Below, piece by piece: positions 1-11,689 of a DNA stretch of 64,000 nt (within the stretch, counting starts at the first letter, position 1; each line of letters starts with the position of its first letter). This stretch comes from Podarcis vaucheri. Lineage: Eukaryota. Under the pieces are notes generated by a model. It worked only from the letters and a program-made list of their open reading frames with translations, was not told the origin of the DNA and did not search any database. The stretch is taken from the NCBI GenBank assembly GCA_965113315.1, contig OZ220364.1, one strand, 5' to 3'. The position numbers were made by a program, and so were the translations under genes.

Positions 1-304
1 CTGCCATTTTTAATGGGTACTCCACCTAGCAGCACCTCTCTGCCTGTGAATTGTGAAAGATCTGCAGTCCAAAGAGGAAAAGAAGAAATACGTTGTCATT
101 GTGACCTTTATCTCTGATCAATGCAAATAAATGACACAACCTCCATTTCCCACAATGTAAGAATGCCTACCATGACATCTGACTGGATGTGAATATAGCA
201 TTCTGTAATCACTCAAAATATCTTACTAGATATAATGATTATGTATGTCCTGTTTCAATTCTCTGACAGTAGTTAAATTAGCGAGTTGGCCACTATGCTA
301 TGGA

Positions 305-501
305 ACTGCTCTCTGCCACAGCCTCTTCCTGCTACTAAACCCTGCTGCCTCTTCAGCTTCTGACATCTCCTCCTCCCAATCTTCTCCCTCTAACCACTCA
401 TCGTCGTCCCACCAACCAATCCCTGGGTTCTGAGCCTTCTTCCCAACTGGGTTCCCCAGTTGGTGCCGCCCACCTTTCCTGTTTCCGGCCAGTCCATGAC
501 A
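305..501 (-). mobile_element. Possible LTR 5' fragment
   Basis: Minus strand starts TGTCATGGACTGG followed by purine-rich sequence; recognition only, with no second LTR or TSD seen. Confidence 0.35.
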
Positions 502-739
502 GCCACTATACCGAATATGGAATCTTCGTAAGTCATCTCAAGATGTTACAAAGTTGGGGACAAATATAACTGCCAAGCAATTAAACTCAAGAACTCTGTA
601 TATGTTCAGAGACATTCACCTATAGACTTCATGAAGTTTCAGAACTGAATCAAAACAGGTTCTGCCATAGGCTGAGCCTTGGTAAGTCCTGGCTCTAATT
701 AATCCCTGCTGTAGACGGAAACACTACCTCTGAACTCAC

Positions 740-863
740 CTCAGTAGTGCACAGAATCAGCCACTCCTGGTCCTCTTCTTTGCCATGTTCCCTCTTTCTG
801 ATAGAGATATGACAACATGTTGCTTGGTCTTCATTGAATTCTGATTTTTCTGCGTTGATGGTT
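740..863 (-). CDS. PPM1M: PPM1M coding exon 2 (124 nt): (E)TINAEKSEFNEDQATCCHISIRKREHGKEEDQEWLILCTTE
   Basis: Matches the PPM1H/J/M motif 'INAEKSEFNEDQA'. Acceptor ...ccatcAG at 865-864 and donor GAG|GTGAGT at 739-734 on the minus strand. Phase fits exon 1 (GA+A = Glu). Later exons lie outside the window. Confidence 0.93.
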
Positions 864-2040
864 CTGATGGCACAAGAAACAAAATCACTAGAATAACTGA
901 AGCAATTCCATGTTATTAGGTCCAATGTAATTGAAAACTAGCAATTTTATGGTTGATGACATAATTGACTTCAAATGAGTTTCAAATGACACCCTGCAGG
1001 TGCCAAGAGGCTGAGTAGTCTTGGAGCCTAAAAGCAGGATGCAATCTGTTTTATCAGACCTTGTAAGATACTGGTGAGTAGGAGAGTACACCCAAATCAC
1101 CAAGACTGAGAATCCATAGAAATCCAAGCTGCAGGCCTTTAGTTCAGAGCTAGCAAACATAATCCTAGAGCAAGCAAGTGCCACAGTCATTCATAAGGCC
1201 TTTGAGAAAACAGTGAGAAGTGGTGTGATAGGAAATACGTACCTGCATATTGCACGTGGTTATGGAGAAGGGGCAGCAGCCCAGCTATGCAGGGAGCAGG
1301 TCTCCCTTTACACTCTGGGTCCTCTACGTTTATTCTAGGGGCTCCACGTTTTTTCTGTGGGTGGTGAACTGGGTGCCTTTCCTCTCGCCTTTCTGCTGTT
1401 CCAAGCACAGGGGCACCACAAGAATATAATTTAGCCACAGAATTCCCATTAGTCTGATTCATTATGGCCTGGGGTGCCTTGAATGATGGTCAGGGGGCGC
1501 CGCAAGCAACACTGGCCTCTGTCCCTCTTTACTTCCCTCTCATGTCTATGTCTCCATCAGGCTGCTAAGGCTGAGGGCATCCTCTTCCCAGCCCCTGGGG
1601 GGCGGCATGAGGAGACACCTCTCTTTGAGGTGGGGGGCATCTCAGAGACCAGGGGCAGTGGTGGAAGCTACCTAGAAGAGGGGAGCGGAGCCTGAGGGAA
1701 CACTCCACAAGGCTTGGAGTGTGTTTCCCCAGAGAGGAGCCACAGAGCAAATGCAGTTGGTCAAGGGAGCCTTGGACTCAAAAAGGTTGAAAACCTCTGC
1801 ATTACGGAGATAGTGACTTCACACAGGAAATGGCTGACGTTCCAGATGTTCTTTCCTCTTTCTGAGCAAAAAGTGTCCTCTTTCAAAAGATATTGCCCCA
1901 CTGACTGACTCAACATTCACCCACACCAAGAGGCAAGACTTGCTATTTTGCCGTGCTCTTGCAGCAGTGGGTCAACATAGTTTCAACATTAAGTTTATTG
2001 ATTTATTTTGTTAGATTCCTACAACATATTATTTTAACAT

Positions 2041-2066
2041 CACACACACACACACACACACACACA
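2041..2066. repeat. (CA)n microsatellite
   Basis: About 13 CA units. Confidence 0.95.
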
Positions 2067-2193
2067 AAATAAAGTATTTCACCCTAGCCCAGAATAAGTT
2101 TAGTTTAAGCACTGCATCCAAAATTACACCCAAATAATATAATATTCCTACCTCAGACTACCATTTGTATGGAATGTGATAGAAACTTTATGC

Positions 2194-2329
2194 CAGGCTT
2201 CCTCAAACTCAGCCCTCCAGATGATTTTGGCCTACAACTCCCATGATCCCTAGCTAGCAGGACCAGTGGTCAGGGATGATGGGAATTGTAGTCGCAAAAC
2301 ATCTGGAGGGCCAAGTTTGAGGAAGCCTG
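2194..2329. mobile_element. hAT MITE (136 bp, near-palindromic, URR1-like)
   Basis: TIR caggcttcctcaaact/agtttgaggaagcctg; perfect 8-bp TSD ctttatgc. Confidence 0.9.
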
Positions 2330-2366
2330 CTTTATGCTAACAAAGTTTTATAATGTGATGGGAGTA

Positions 2367-2689
2367 CAGTGGTGTCTCGCAAGTCGAAATTAATCCGTTC
2401 CACGAGTCTCTTCGTCTAGCGGTTTTTTTGTCTTGCGAAGCAACCCTATTAGCGGCTTAGCGCTATTAGCAGTTTAGCGGCTATTAAAGGCTTAGCGGCT
2501 ATTAAAGGCTTAGCGGCTAAAAGGCTATTAGCGGCTTAGAAAAAGGGGGGGAAGGGGGGGAAATCACAAGACTCGCAAGACTTTTTCGTTTTGCGAAGCA
2601 AGCCCATAGGGAAATTCGTCTTGCGAAGCGCATCGAAAAACGGAAAACCCTTTCATCTAGCGGGTTTTTCGTCTTGCGAGGCACCACTG
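2367..2689. mobile_element. Tc1/mariner-pogo (Tigger-like) MITE
   Basis: TA|CAGTGGTGTCTCGCAAG...CTTGCGAGGCACCACTG|TA; internal tandem gcggcttag/gctatta units. Confidence 0.88.
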
Positions 2690-4737
2690 TAATCTGTTTT
2701 CGTTTTTGGTCATGTACATAATAAAGCTGTATCATTAGCCTTTGGCTAATACAATAAACTTATGGAAAAAGATGTACTAATCAGTTGTAAAGGACTCTTT
2801 ATGCATCAAACCATGTGCCAATTTTATTAGTAATTTTTTTCACAAGTGCTTTTGGGCTTACTTTAGTGTACCAGATGTCAAAGAAGCACCCTCCAAACTC
2901 TTCCAGTATCTTATTATTAGGAGTTTGCCCACTAGTAAAAGAGAACTTGTTAGGGTTTCTGAACAGTAAGTTAGCGTTATTTTTCATAAAAAGATATTAC
3001 AGTCAAACATAACTATGCCTGCTGCTAGTGGTGCATGAAGGGGTAAGAACCACAGAGTTATATTGCTAGACACACTCAGTTAGGTCATGCCCCTTCTCCT
3101 TGCAAAGGAAGTGAAGCCTTTCTACTTCCTTCCTTCCTTCCTTCCTCTCTCTCAGCATCATGTAATAAACCAGAACAGACATGCTTAAGCTAGCTCTAAG
3201 CATGGAGCAAGTGTCTGAAGCTATCTTAATGCATTTTGCACCCAATTTAGCATATATTATTCTTGCTGCTGCATGAAACATTGCAGACCTTGAATCGGTA
3301 AGTAAACATTTTAAACTTACTTAACAGTTTGTGTCTGCTCATTGCAAAAGGGGTGGAAAGAGGTCAGCTATTATGTGCTAATAAAAGGGTTTAACAACCT
3401 ATATTTCTAATGCTATACTGCTGTGCAACTTTTATGAGTTTAATACTCTGTTACTGGGGGCTTTCTGGGCGCTGACCCCGCATTTTGAATCCAGGCACCC
3501 AGCCATTTCTTTCTGTTGTTCACCCAAACACATGGGTCCATAGGGATTCGAATATTTAATTTATTCCCACAAAAAGACTGAGCATGTTTAGAGGTGTTTT
3601 GTCCAGGAACTGCTTTTATTTCACCAAATATTTCCTCCAAGAACTGAGCCACTCTCCCGCATATCCACCGCATATGTTGAATAAAACCTAACACTGCGCA
3701 TCCTCTCCAACAGCTTGGTGAATAGGAGGAGCTAATATGGCCTAAACATATAGGGAAGAGATATCATTTTTGTAGTATTTTAAGTGCTACCTATTTTGTC
3801 CAGGTCAATAAAGATTTTCTGGCACACTGAAGTCCAGTCATATTGATTGACAGTAATAATACAGTCTTTTCCCTGCTCGCTGCATAGCAATTCCCCAAAT
3901 TGTCTGGAAAGCAGCAGAAACAACTAAAAATTTGTCTGGCCCTAATACATTAAGGAGGTGGGTGGGCTAAAACATTTTCATTTGTTTTGGTCCAATATCA
4001 CTGAGGCAGCTCCTGCAACAAGGAAGCTCTTGTTTCTATTCCTACAACTACAGTAAGCTCAACATAAGCAACTTGCCTTCTTTCTTTCATGCTGAAAGCA
4101 GTTTTTGTCAGTCACATGGTGTTGCTTCTTTATTTTCTGAAAGTGTTTGTTCATATAGAGTTAGAAAACCTGCTGTGTTTGGTCCCCCCCCCCCATTTGA
4201 GGATTTGTTGACCTCACAGAATGCAATTCATCTGAAGAGTTCAGTCTGAGGACAGGTTTATAATTTCAACAGGCAGAGAACATAAGATTTCCTTTAGCTT
4301 TATGCAAACAAATCATTAAGAAAAAAAGAGTCACTTGATAGAATGGCCTCAGTTTCAGTTTCAACCTCAAATTCAATGTGTTTTTATATGTGCAGAGAAG
4401 TGTTTCTCAACCAGGTGGTAGGGGCATGAGGATTTATTTAAAGTACATTAGAAGTAAAACATTAACAATCTTAAAATACAAAAACATGAAGTATTATGTT
4501 CAGAAGGTGAGAAGATCATATGCAGCGTATTACACGATGTGCACGTCATCATGAATGCACAATAGTTTGGCGTTCTCTCATGACCAGTGCAGTGCACAAT
4601 ATACACAACTGAGCAGTTCACTGTGCATGGTGCAGTTAATTAGTCATGTGTTTATTTGTGCTGTTTATTTCCTTTACTCTTGGAAAATTGAACTTTTATT
4701 TACTTATTTATTGGGTTCTTTGGAGGAATGGTGGAAT

Positions 4738-4767
4738 AATGATATGATATATGATATGATATGATAT
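4738..4767. repeat. (ATATG)n microsatellite
   Basis: Read directly; abuts the MITE at 4769. Confidence 0.85.
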
Positions 4768-4768
4768 A

Positions 4769-5016
4769 CAGTCATACCTTGAGTTGAATGTGCTTCAGGT
4801 TGAGCGCTTTCGGGTTGCGCTCTGCGGCAACCTGGAAGTAACAGAGCGCGCTACTTCCGGGTTTCACCGCTTGTGCATGCGCAGATGTTCAAAATGACAT
4901 CATGTGCGGAAGTGGCAAAGCGCGACCCACGCACACGCACCATCGCATCTTACATTCTATTCAGGATGCGAACGGGGCTCCGAATCGCATCCCGTTCGCA
5001 TCCCGAGGTACCACTG
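4769..5016. mobile_element. Tigger-like MITE
   Basis: TA|CAGTCATACCTTG...CGAGGTACCACTG; imperfect TIRs; flanked by microsatellite on both sides. Confidence 0.8.
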
Positions 5017-6072
5017 TGATAATTAATATAATATAATATAATATGATAAATATAATATTAGTAATAACAACCTCTGAGCAGTTTACAATAACACACCATA
5101 TACTACTGCTATTACATAGCAAATATTCCTGAATTAAAGGCAGGTGTGTTGCAATGAGCAAGCAGGAGAACATGGTATTAGTGTCCTTGGAATCTGGCAA
5201 CCCTGTAAAGAATTTGACCTTTTTCATAAAAGCCAGGGAGTACGCTCTTTCGGCACATTCAATGCCCAATATTTCATCAACGGAAACCTCTCCCCACCCC
5301 CTTTCTTCAAGTATTGCACTTGCAATCTTCCAATCCGCCAACCCCCCACCCCAAAAAAGGAAGACCGGGTATGAGATGGAGAGATCCTGGAAGTGAGTAT
5401 TAATGTATTGATTCCAGTTGGCTTTGCTCACTAAACTCCTCAATCTCCTAGTTCTAGAATGGACTGTATAAGTAGAGAGACTGGGCCAGGGCCAAGGACA
5501 AATTTCATCCTAAAGCACAGAGGTCAATTCTGCCAAAGTTAAGCTCATGTATGTGCCACTGATTTTACTGGGGAGTTAAATCCCTTCAGCTGAACTCAAT
5601 AGGACTTCAGGTGCTTCACTTTAGCAGAATCCTGCCCACAAAGTCAAAGCATTAAAATAAGGAGGATGCTTGTAGGCACTAAGTCACACCATTTAGGTTG
5701 TTGCTCCCTTATCATGGTCTGTGGTATTACTACAGAGGTACAAGAAGGGGGAAGCAAATTGCTTATTTCTCACTTGTCTCCCCCTTCTATCCCTTCTGTG
5801 TGACAGGATGGATGCTGCTGTCGTCAAAGCACCACTGTGTCAGGAGAAACCAGTCTTGCCACACATTTCCTTGCCATACAACTATTAAAAGTACAAATGT
5901 TCTCTTTGGTAGAGAATCAAGCAATTCAAAGCAGCCCCACATTGCACCATTGTGGTTTACAATCTCTTGCTTTACCACTTGCAGCCAGGAACATGCAGGT
6001 TATGCTGAGGTGGTTGCTATCTGTACCTACCCTTACAGACTGTGCATTATTGTAACGTGTAATAACCTTACA

Positions 6073-6422
6073 GGGACGCGGGTGGCGCTGTGGGTTAAAC
6101 CACAGAGTCTAGGACTTGCCAATCAGAAGGTCGGCGGTTCGAATCCCCGCAACAGGGTGAGCTCCCATTGCTCGGTCCCAGCTCCTGCCAACCTAGCAGT
6201 TCAAAAGCATATCAAAGTGCAAGTAGATAAATAGGTACCACTGCGGCGGGAAGGTAAACGGGGTTTCCGTGCGCTGCTCTGGTTCACCAGAAGCGGCTTA
6301 GACATGCTGGCCACATGACCTGGAAGCTGTACGCCGGCTCCCTCGGCCAATAAAGCCAGATAAGCGCCACAACCCCAGAGTCGGTCACGACTGGACCTAA
6401 TGGTCAGGGGTCCCTTTACCTT
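6073..6422 (+). mobile_element. Sauria (Squam1) SINE, full length
   Basis: tRNA-like head GGGACGCGGGTGGCGCTGTGG...GGTTCGAATCC, tail (ACCTTT)n, 13-bp TSD taataaccttaca at 6060-6072 and 6423-6435. Confidence 0.92.
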
Positions 6423-6879
6423 TAATAACCTTACAATATTGCCCAGAACAAAGGCTACAAAATTATGATTTAACCAAAGCGGTCCAGCCCATCACTAAGA
6501 GTGAGTCGCAGCAAAATAGTGAGAGAGGGATTTGAACCAGGGAACCCAGATGTAAGACTAGGGAAAAAACATTTTAAAATTTCAAAACAGCATCAGATTT
6601 CTCGATCTCCTTGATACTACAGGGACAAACAGAAATGTGCGGGCCAGGTCTCACTCTCAGCCAAAAGGGGCGTCCGCACACGTGTGCGTGAAAAAGAAAT
6701 GCACTAAACTAGGTAGGCAAGCAGGATTATCGTGCCATATTTTAAAGTCCTGGCTTTTTAAGCTCTACGGGGCTGCTTGCTGCTTTTGCACCCCTCTAGG
6801 CTTAACCTCCAGCTGCTGCCGATTTGGCATGGTAGTCCTCAAGAGGTGTTTGTTTGCTTATTTTTAAGTTTCTTTTTAA

Positions 6880-7370
6880 GCCGCTGCTTTGCAAGAGGCA
6901 TCCCCAAGTCATGCGCCCCGGCCGCCCACTTACTCTGCATAGCCCGCGTTCCACTGGAGGGGCTTGTCTCGCGGCGGGCAGACGACGGGGCGCTTGCCAG
7001 GCTGCCTCTCCCCGGCCGAGGCAGCTCCGCGCAGGAGTTTGGGCCGCCTGTACGGCAACCGGGGGAGCTGCGGCTGTGGCCGTGTGCCTCCTTCCTCCGT
7101 TGGCCGCTGCTGCTGCTGAGGAGCGCCTTTCCCTCGGCTCGCCGCGCTCAAGAAGCGCCTCTTGAACCAGTCCGAAGACATGAAGCGAAAGAGACAAGGA
7201 CCCGCTCCCTCGCCTCTCCCGCAGCCAACTGAGAAGCCCAGCGCTGCTCCAGATCCAGGGAGCCGCTGCCGCAGCCAATGGGCGTCGCGCTCGTGACTCA
7301 CCAGCACGCGGCAGCCAGTCAGCGCGGCGTTGCTCCGCCGGGTGTCACCAGGCGCCACGCTCCTTCCTCG
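6880..7370. promoter_or_regulatory. CpG island / PPM1M promoter
   Basis: GC- and CpG-dense block over exon 1. CCAAT (agccaatg, ~7273-7280) and TGACTCA (7294-7300) lie upstream of the ATG. Confidence 0.8.
6934..7181 (-). CDS. PPM1M: PPM1M coding exon 1 (248 nt): MSSDWFKRRFLS...LPYRRPKLLRG...PLQWNAGYA(E)
   Basis: Closely resembles the human PPM1M N-terminus as I recall it (MSAGWFRRRFL...PYRRPRFLRG...LPWNAGYAE). ATG at 7181-7179, donor GA|GTAAGT at 6933-6928, inside a CpG island. The neighbour is TWF2, as in mammals. Confidence 0.93.
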
Positions 7371-7435
7371 GTTTCTACTTCCTTGTTTTTATTTTCTCCC
7401 TCCTTTTCTCTGTCTCCCAGAGCTATGCTGTTAGG

Positions 7436-7647
7436 CAGGTGGCTTCCAACATGGGGCACCCCACACACACTGGGGGGGGGGCAGTTTGATTTTTAACGGG
7501 GGCAATTCGAGAATGAATTAGACCAAGTTTAGGCTTCCTCCACCTGAATAGGAGTTCACTTTTTGAATAAGAATTATATGGGGGTGGGGTCAGGATTTTC
7601 AGAGATGCTTAGGTGGGGCATGGCCAAAAAATGGTTGGGAACCACTG
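7436..7647. mobile_element. Probable degraded hAT MITE
   Basis: Ends caggtggcttccaac ... gttgggaaccactg resemble CAGTGGTTCCCAAC TIRs; TSD not clear. Confidence 0.5.
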
Positions 7648-7674
7648 CTTTAATATTTTTTTAAAAAAACAGAT

Positions 7675-8210
7675 CAGGGCAGTGACCCACCCAGTCCAGC
7701 ATCCTGTTCTCACAGTGGCCAAACCGAATGCCCTGTGGGAAGCCCAGAAACAAAAGTGATACCCAGCAGCTTGCTTTCAGAGGCGAGGCAGGACATAGCT
7801 GACAGAGCTGGTACCCACTGATAGACTTATGCTCCCTGAACTTGTCCCATCCTCTCTTGAAGCCACTGGTGCCTCCTTTGGGAGCGGATTCCATAGTTTT
7901 AACTATGTGTGGTGTTTTCTTTTGCCTGCACCGAATATTCCAACATTGTGGACGTCCACAAGTGCTTATGTGAAAGGTAGAAACGCTTTATCTGCTTTCT
8001 GCATCATTTTGTACATCTCTTATCATGTCTCCTTTTACTTGCCTTTTCTGTAAACTGAGAAGCTCAGAAAGTTGTAACCTTTCCGCGCTGGAGAGTTGCT
8101 CCATGCTATTGATCACTGTGGTTGACCTTTCTTGAGTGTTTTGCAGCTCTACAACATTCTTCTGGATGTGAGGCAACTGGAACTGTACACAGTATTCAAA
8201 GTGTGGACCA
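7675..8210 (-). mobile_element. CR1 LINE 3' relic
   Basis: Minus strand encodes GPHFEYCVQF (CR1 'RPHLEYCVQFW' motif) at ~8210-8180. Similar relics at ~48848-49195 (-) and ~45940-46380 (-), and a CR1 tail at ~9025-9090 (+). Confidence 0.72.
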
Positions 8211-10347
8211 GGATTGGTGTTAAATGCTCAGAATGATATTTCTCTGCAAGGGGTTTGCAAGGATATCAGGATAAACAACCAGGTTAGACCAAAAATGCAA
8301 GTTCAAAGCTTTATCATCTTATAAAATGTTATACAGCTTAGGGTGTTATTTCTGTTGTGAAGAGAAAACCTGGAAAGTGGAACAGAAATTGGAATGAAGG
8401 AATTGCCCTACAACAAAACTAACCCTAACACACACACCAAGAAAAGGAAAAATACACACACACAAAAGAGGATCCTGGCTAGGGAGTCTTCTAAAGATAG
8501 GAGAAACAAGGCAGGCATGAGACCAAAGCAATGAGGTCAAGTTTTGACTTTTGAAATGTCTACTGTGCAATATTCTCAGAATTTCTTCTTGTGAATTGGT
8601 TCTGAATTGTCATTGATAGGAGACTTTATATATGCACATTTCCTGGTGAACAAAAGTGTTCCCCTCCCCCCACCCAGAATCCATAATGCCAATTGGCTTG
8701 AGAAAACAGCATTCTTCCCTGCCAAGATCCAGGTTTTGATCATCTTGATATTTTTATTATTTTTATTTCATTTCTATACTGCTTCATTTTTAAAAATAAA
8801 TAAATTTTACTACCCACATTAAAACATGTCACAAAACATGTCACAAAGCAATTCAAAATAAAATATTACAGAAGAAAGTCAACTATAAAGTACATCCAAA
8901 GCAATCTAATTAACAGGATACTAAAATATTATCTAAAAGATTTCAAAGCAAAACATTAAATTGATGCAGTCTGAAGAATAGATGTAGCCATCTGTCATGT
9001 ATGATCTAGCTGAGATTCCTGCATTGTAGAGGGTCGGACTAGATGACTCTCAGAGTCTTTTCCAACTCTGCAAATCTATGATTCTGTGAAAAGAGGTAAA
9101 GTACAGAATGCACATTAAATGCAGCAAAGTTAACGGGGGGGGGGGAATACTTTAACGTTGCAAAAGAAAACATGACTAAAGGAAGTCAAATATAAAATGC
9201 ACATTTAAAACAACATAATTAGCAAGAGAATATTCATGAAGATAGAACACATCTGCAGCTGTTGTTGCCAATCCTGCAAATGGTGGTTCATGGTGGGTGG
9301 TGGCTGTGGAAGCCCAGGCTCGATAACCTGAGTCTTTACTAAGAAACAGCCAAACTGGTCTCTCCACATGCATAGGAACTTTTCTTAAAGTAGAGAAGAA
9401 TTCAGATTGCCTGCATCACCTTTCTTCACCCTTCCTGTAAGCTAAAACCACTCTCAAACTCTTACACACCCTCCCACCTCTGGAATGTGGTTAGCTCAAA
9501 CTTTTCTCAGGCTAAATCTCCTGCGGAAAGCCAAAAACTTCAAAAACACAGCTTTACTAATAATGAAATGATAGCATAGAATTTGAGAGTTGGAGACGTG
9601 TTTTAAAAGCATTAACTATGCATATATGAAACAAAAAGGCCTCTGACAAACAATAACTTGCACGGTTAAATAAGTTGGCCCTACTGCTTCTGCTTAGGGT
9701 TGCCCTTATAAAGAGAAAAACCCTTCCCTTCCCATTCTAAAACTCTGAAGCTGTGTTGTTAGGGAGCCTTGGTTTTCAAGGCATTAAGGGAACATGAGAG
9801 AAATGTTCTGAATCGCTCACAGTCCTCTTATCTTTGGAAGAGGCGCTTGCACATGAAATAACAGTGTTACACTCACTGAAAGGATCTTGTTTGGGAGAGG
9901 CAGAAAGAGCAACATCAAAAGTTTGCAAAAGGTTTTGTTTGGATAAGTGTACAGCTAAACATGCTGGTAACACAGAGAGTGGATTTAATTGGAAGATCTT
10001 CCCACTGTATTGTGATGTAACCAATGGAAGTGTAGTTTCATGTATTTTAAATTTAAAGCACTATATAAAGTACCGGTATGTTCCTTTGTTAGATGGGGGT
10101 CTTCTCTCTTCATTGTGGCGGTGGGAGGGGGGAATCCTGCTACAGCAGTAAATAAAGATCACCCTCCTAGTTGTATTTTAATCATGACAGCTGAGCCTCT
10201 TCTAAAGACCATGAGTTGGAATCAACCATGTATTTGGACCCACAGAAGCCAGCGCAAGGACCCCTGCTAGTGCAACAGAACTATTCCTCCTCTCCTTCCC
10301 CACCACACCTTTCGCTCGCACGCATACTGTGGGATGGGTTTTAATAA

Positions 10348-10710
10348 ACGCGGGTGGCGCTGTGGGCTAAAGCCTCAGCGCCTAGGGCTTGCCGATCGAA
10401 AGGTCGGCGGTTCGAATCCCCGCGGCGGGGTGCGCTCCCGCTGCTCGGTCCCAGCGCCTGCCAACCTAGCAGTTCGAAAGCACCCCCGGGGGCAAGTAGA
10501 TAAATGGGTACCGCTTACCAGCGGGAAGGTAAACGGCGTTCCGTGTGCGGCTCTGGCTCGCCAGAGCAGCGTTGTCACGCTGGCTACGTGACCCGGAAGT
10601 GTCTCCGGACAGCGCTGGCCCCCGGCCTCTAGATGTGAGATGGGCGCACAAACCCCAGAGTCTGTCAAGACTGGCCCGTTCGGGCAGGGGTACCTTTACC
10701 TTTACCTTTA
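10348..10710 (+). mobile_element. Sauria SINE, CpG-rich (young) second subfamily
   Basis: Same head and tail; diagnostic gtgtctccggacagcgctggcccccggcc segment shared with the 28796 copy. Confidence 0.9.
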
Positions 10711-10986
10711 ATTGCAATTTATCCCTCCAGGCTCCCACATATGTGGGCTGAATAGCTTTAAAATCCCACCGTGGGCAGCAAAAATTAAAAGCATAGGAAT
10801 TAGAATCTGTAAAATATTGTTTTAAGCAAGCCCAGCTATGAAGTAAACTGGCTCTCCCTTGCTCACCCCGCTTCACGAAGAATCAGGCCACAACCTGGGA
10901 AGTAAGTTTAAAATAAGATTTACTTACTTTAAAATCACTCATTTGTTCACAGCAATGACAGCTGTAAAAACTGTGCAGGCAAAATA

Positions 10987-11240
10987 TCATATTTTTCCGC
11001 TCTATAAGACGCACCAGACCATAAGATGCACCTAGTTTTTGGAGGAGGAAAACAAGAAAAAAAAATATTCTGAATCCCAGAAGCCAGAACAGCAAGAGGG
11101 ATCACTGCACAGCGATTCCTCTTGCTGTTCTGGCTTCTCAGATAGCCATGCAAAGCCTGCATTCGCTCCATAAAACGCACACACACTTCCCCTTACTTTT
11201 TAGGAGGGAAAAAGTGTATCTTATAGAGCGAAAAATACGG
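10987..11240. mobile_element. Tc1/mariner-superfamily MITE with CCGTATTTT-type TIRs (short form)
   Basis: TA|tcatatttttccgctctataagacgcac ... ttatagagcgaaaaatacgg|TA; internal hairpin at 11078-11139. Confidence 0.85.
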
Positions 11241-11689
11241 TACTTACATTCACAGTATAACCAGTTTCAGGCACGTACCTAAAGCTGGAGCAAGCACAGG
11301 GTACACCTGCCCTCATGGTTGGTCAAAGAAAGAGAGAAGAAAGAGGAAAAAGAAAGAGCGAGCGGGGAGGGAAGAAGGAACAGGAAGTACTATATGATCA
11401 TTTCTCTGCAGGAGAGGAGGGGGAATGATTGAGCTCTCTCTATCAATTGTATTTCTATAGTCTGAGTATCTGCCTATCAGCAATACAGTTCTGTGGACTT
11501 AGCCCTTTCACATGCTAACTAGCAATAATACACATTTGTTAGGTTTGGCTGCTAATCTCCACATACCACCCCTATTTCCCTAATAATCACCCATCCTGAG
11601 AGGAGGAATCTGAGTTCTTCCATCCTATCATTTGAGGATTGGACAATAAACTTTTACTTTGTTTTCAATATATTCTGCAGCACCATCTA

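Noticed and set aside
6073-6150. tRNA-like A and B boxes in SINE heads
   Set aside because: They are parts of SINEs, not tRNA genes.
6777-7278. Overlapping 100-158 aa ORFs in the PPM1M island, and likewise at 20145-21159 in the TWF2 island
   Set aside because: GC-rich, stop-poor shadow frames with no recognisable domains.
7182-7358. In-frame open extension upstream of the PPM1M ATG (track ORF 6930..7358)
   Set aside because: It starts at GTG in a GC-rich island where stops are rare; similarity to PPM1M begins at MSSDWF.
11250-11680. LTR-like stretch with a late AATAAA; similar unexplained stretches at ~16500-16870 and ~12090-12270
   Set aside because: No TG...CA termini, TSD or second copy that I could establish; probably repeats, but I could not assign them.
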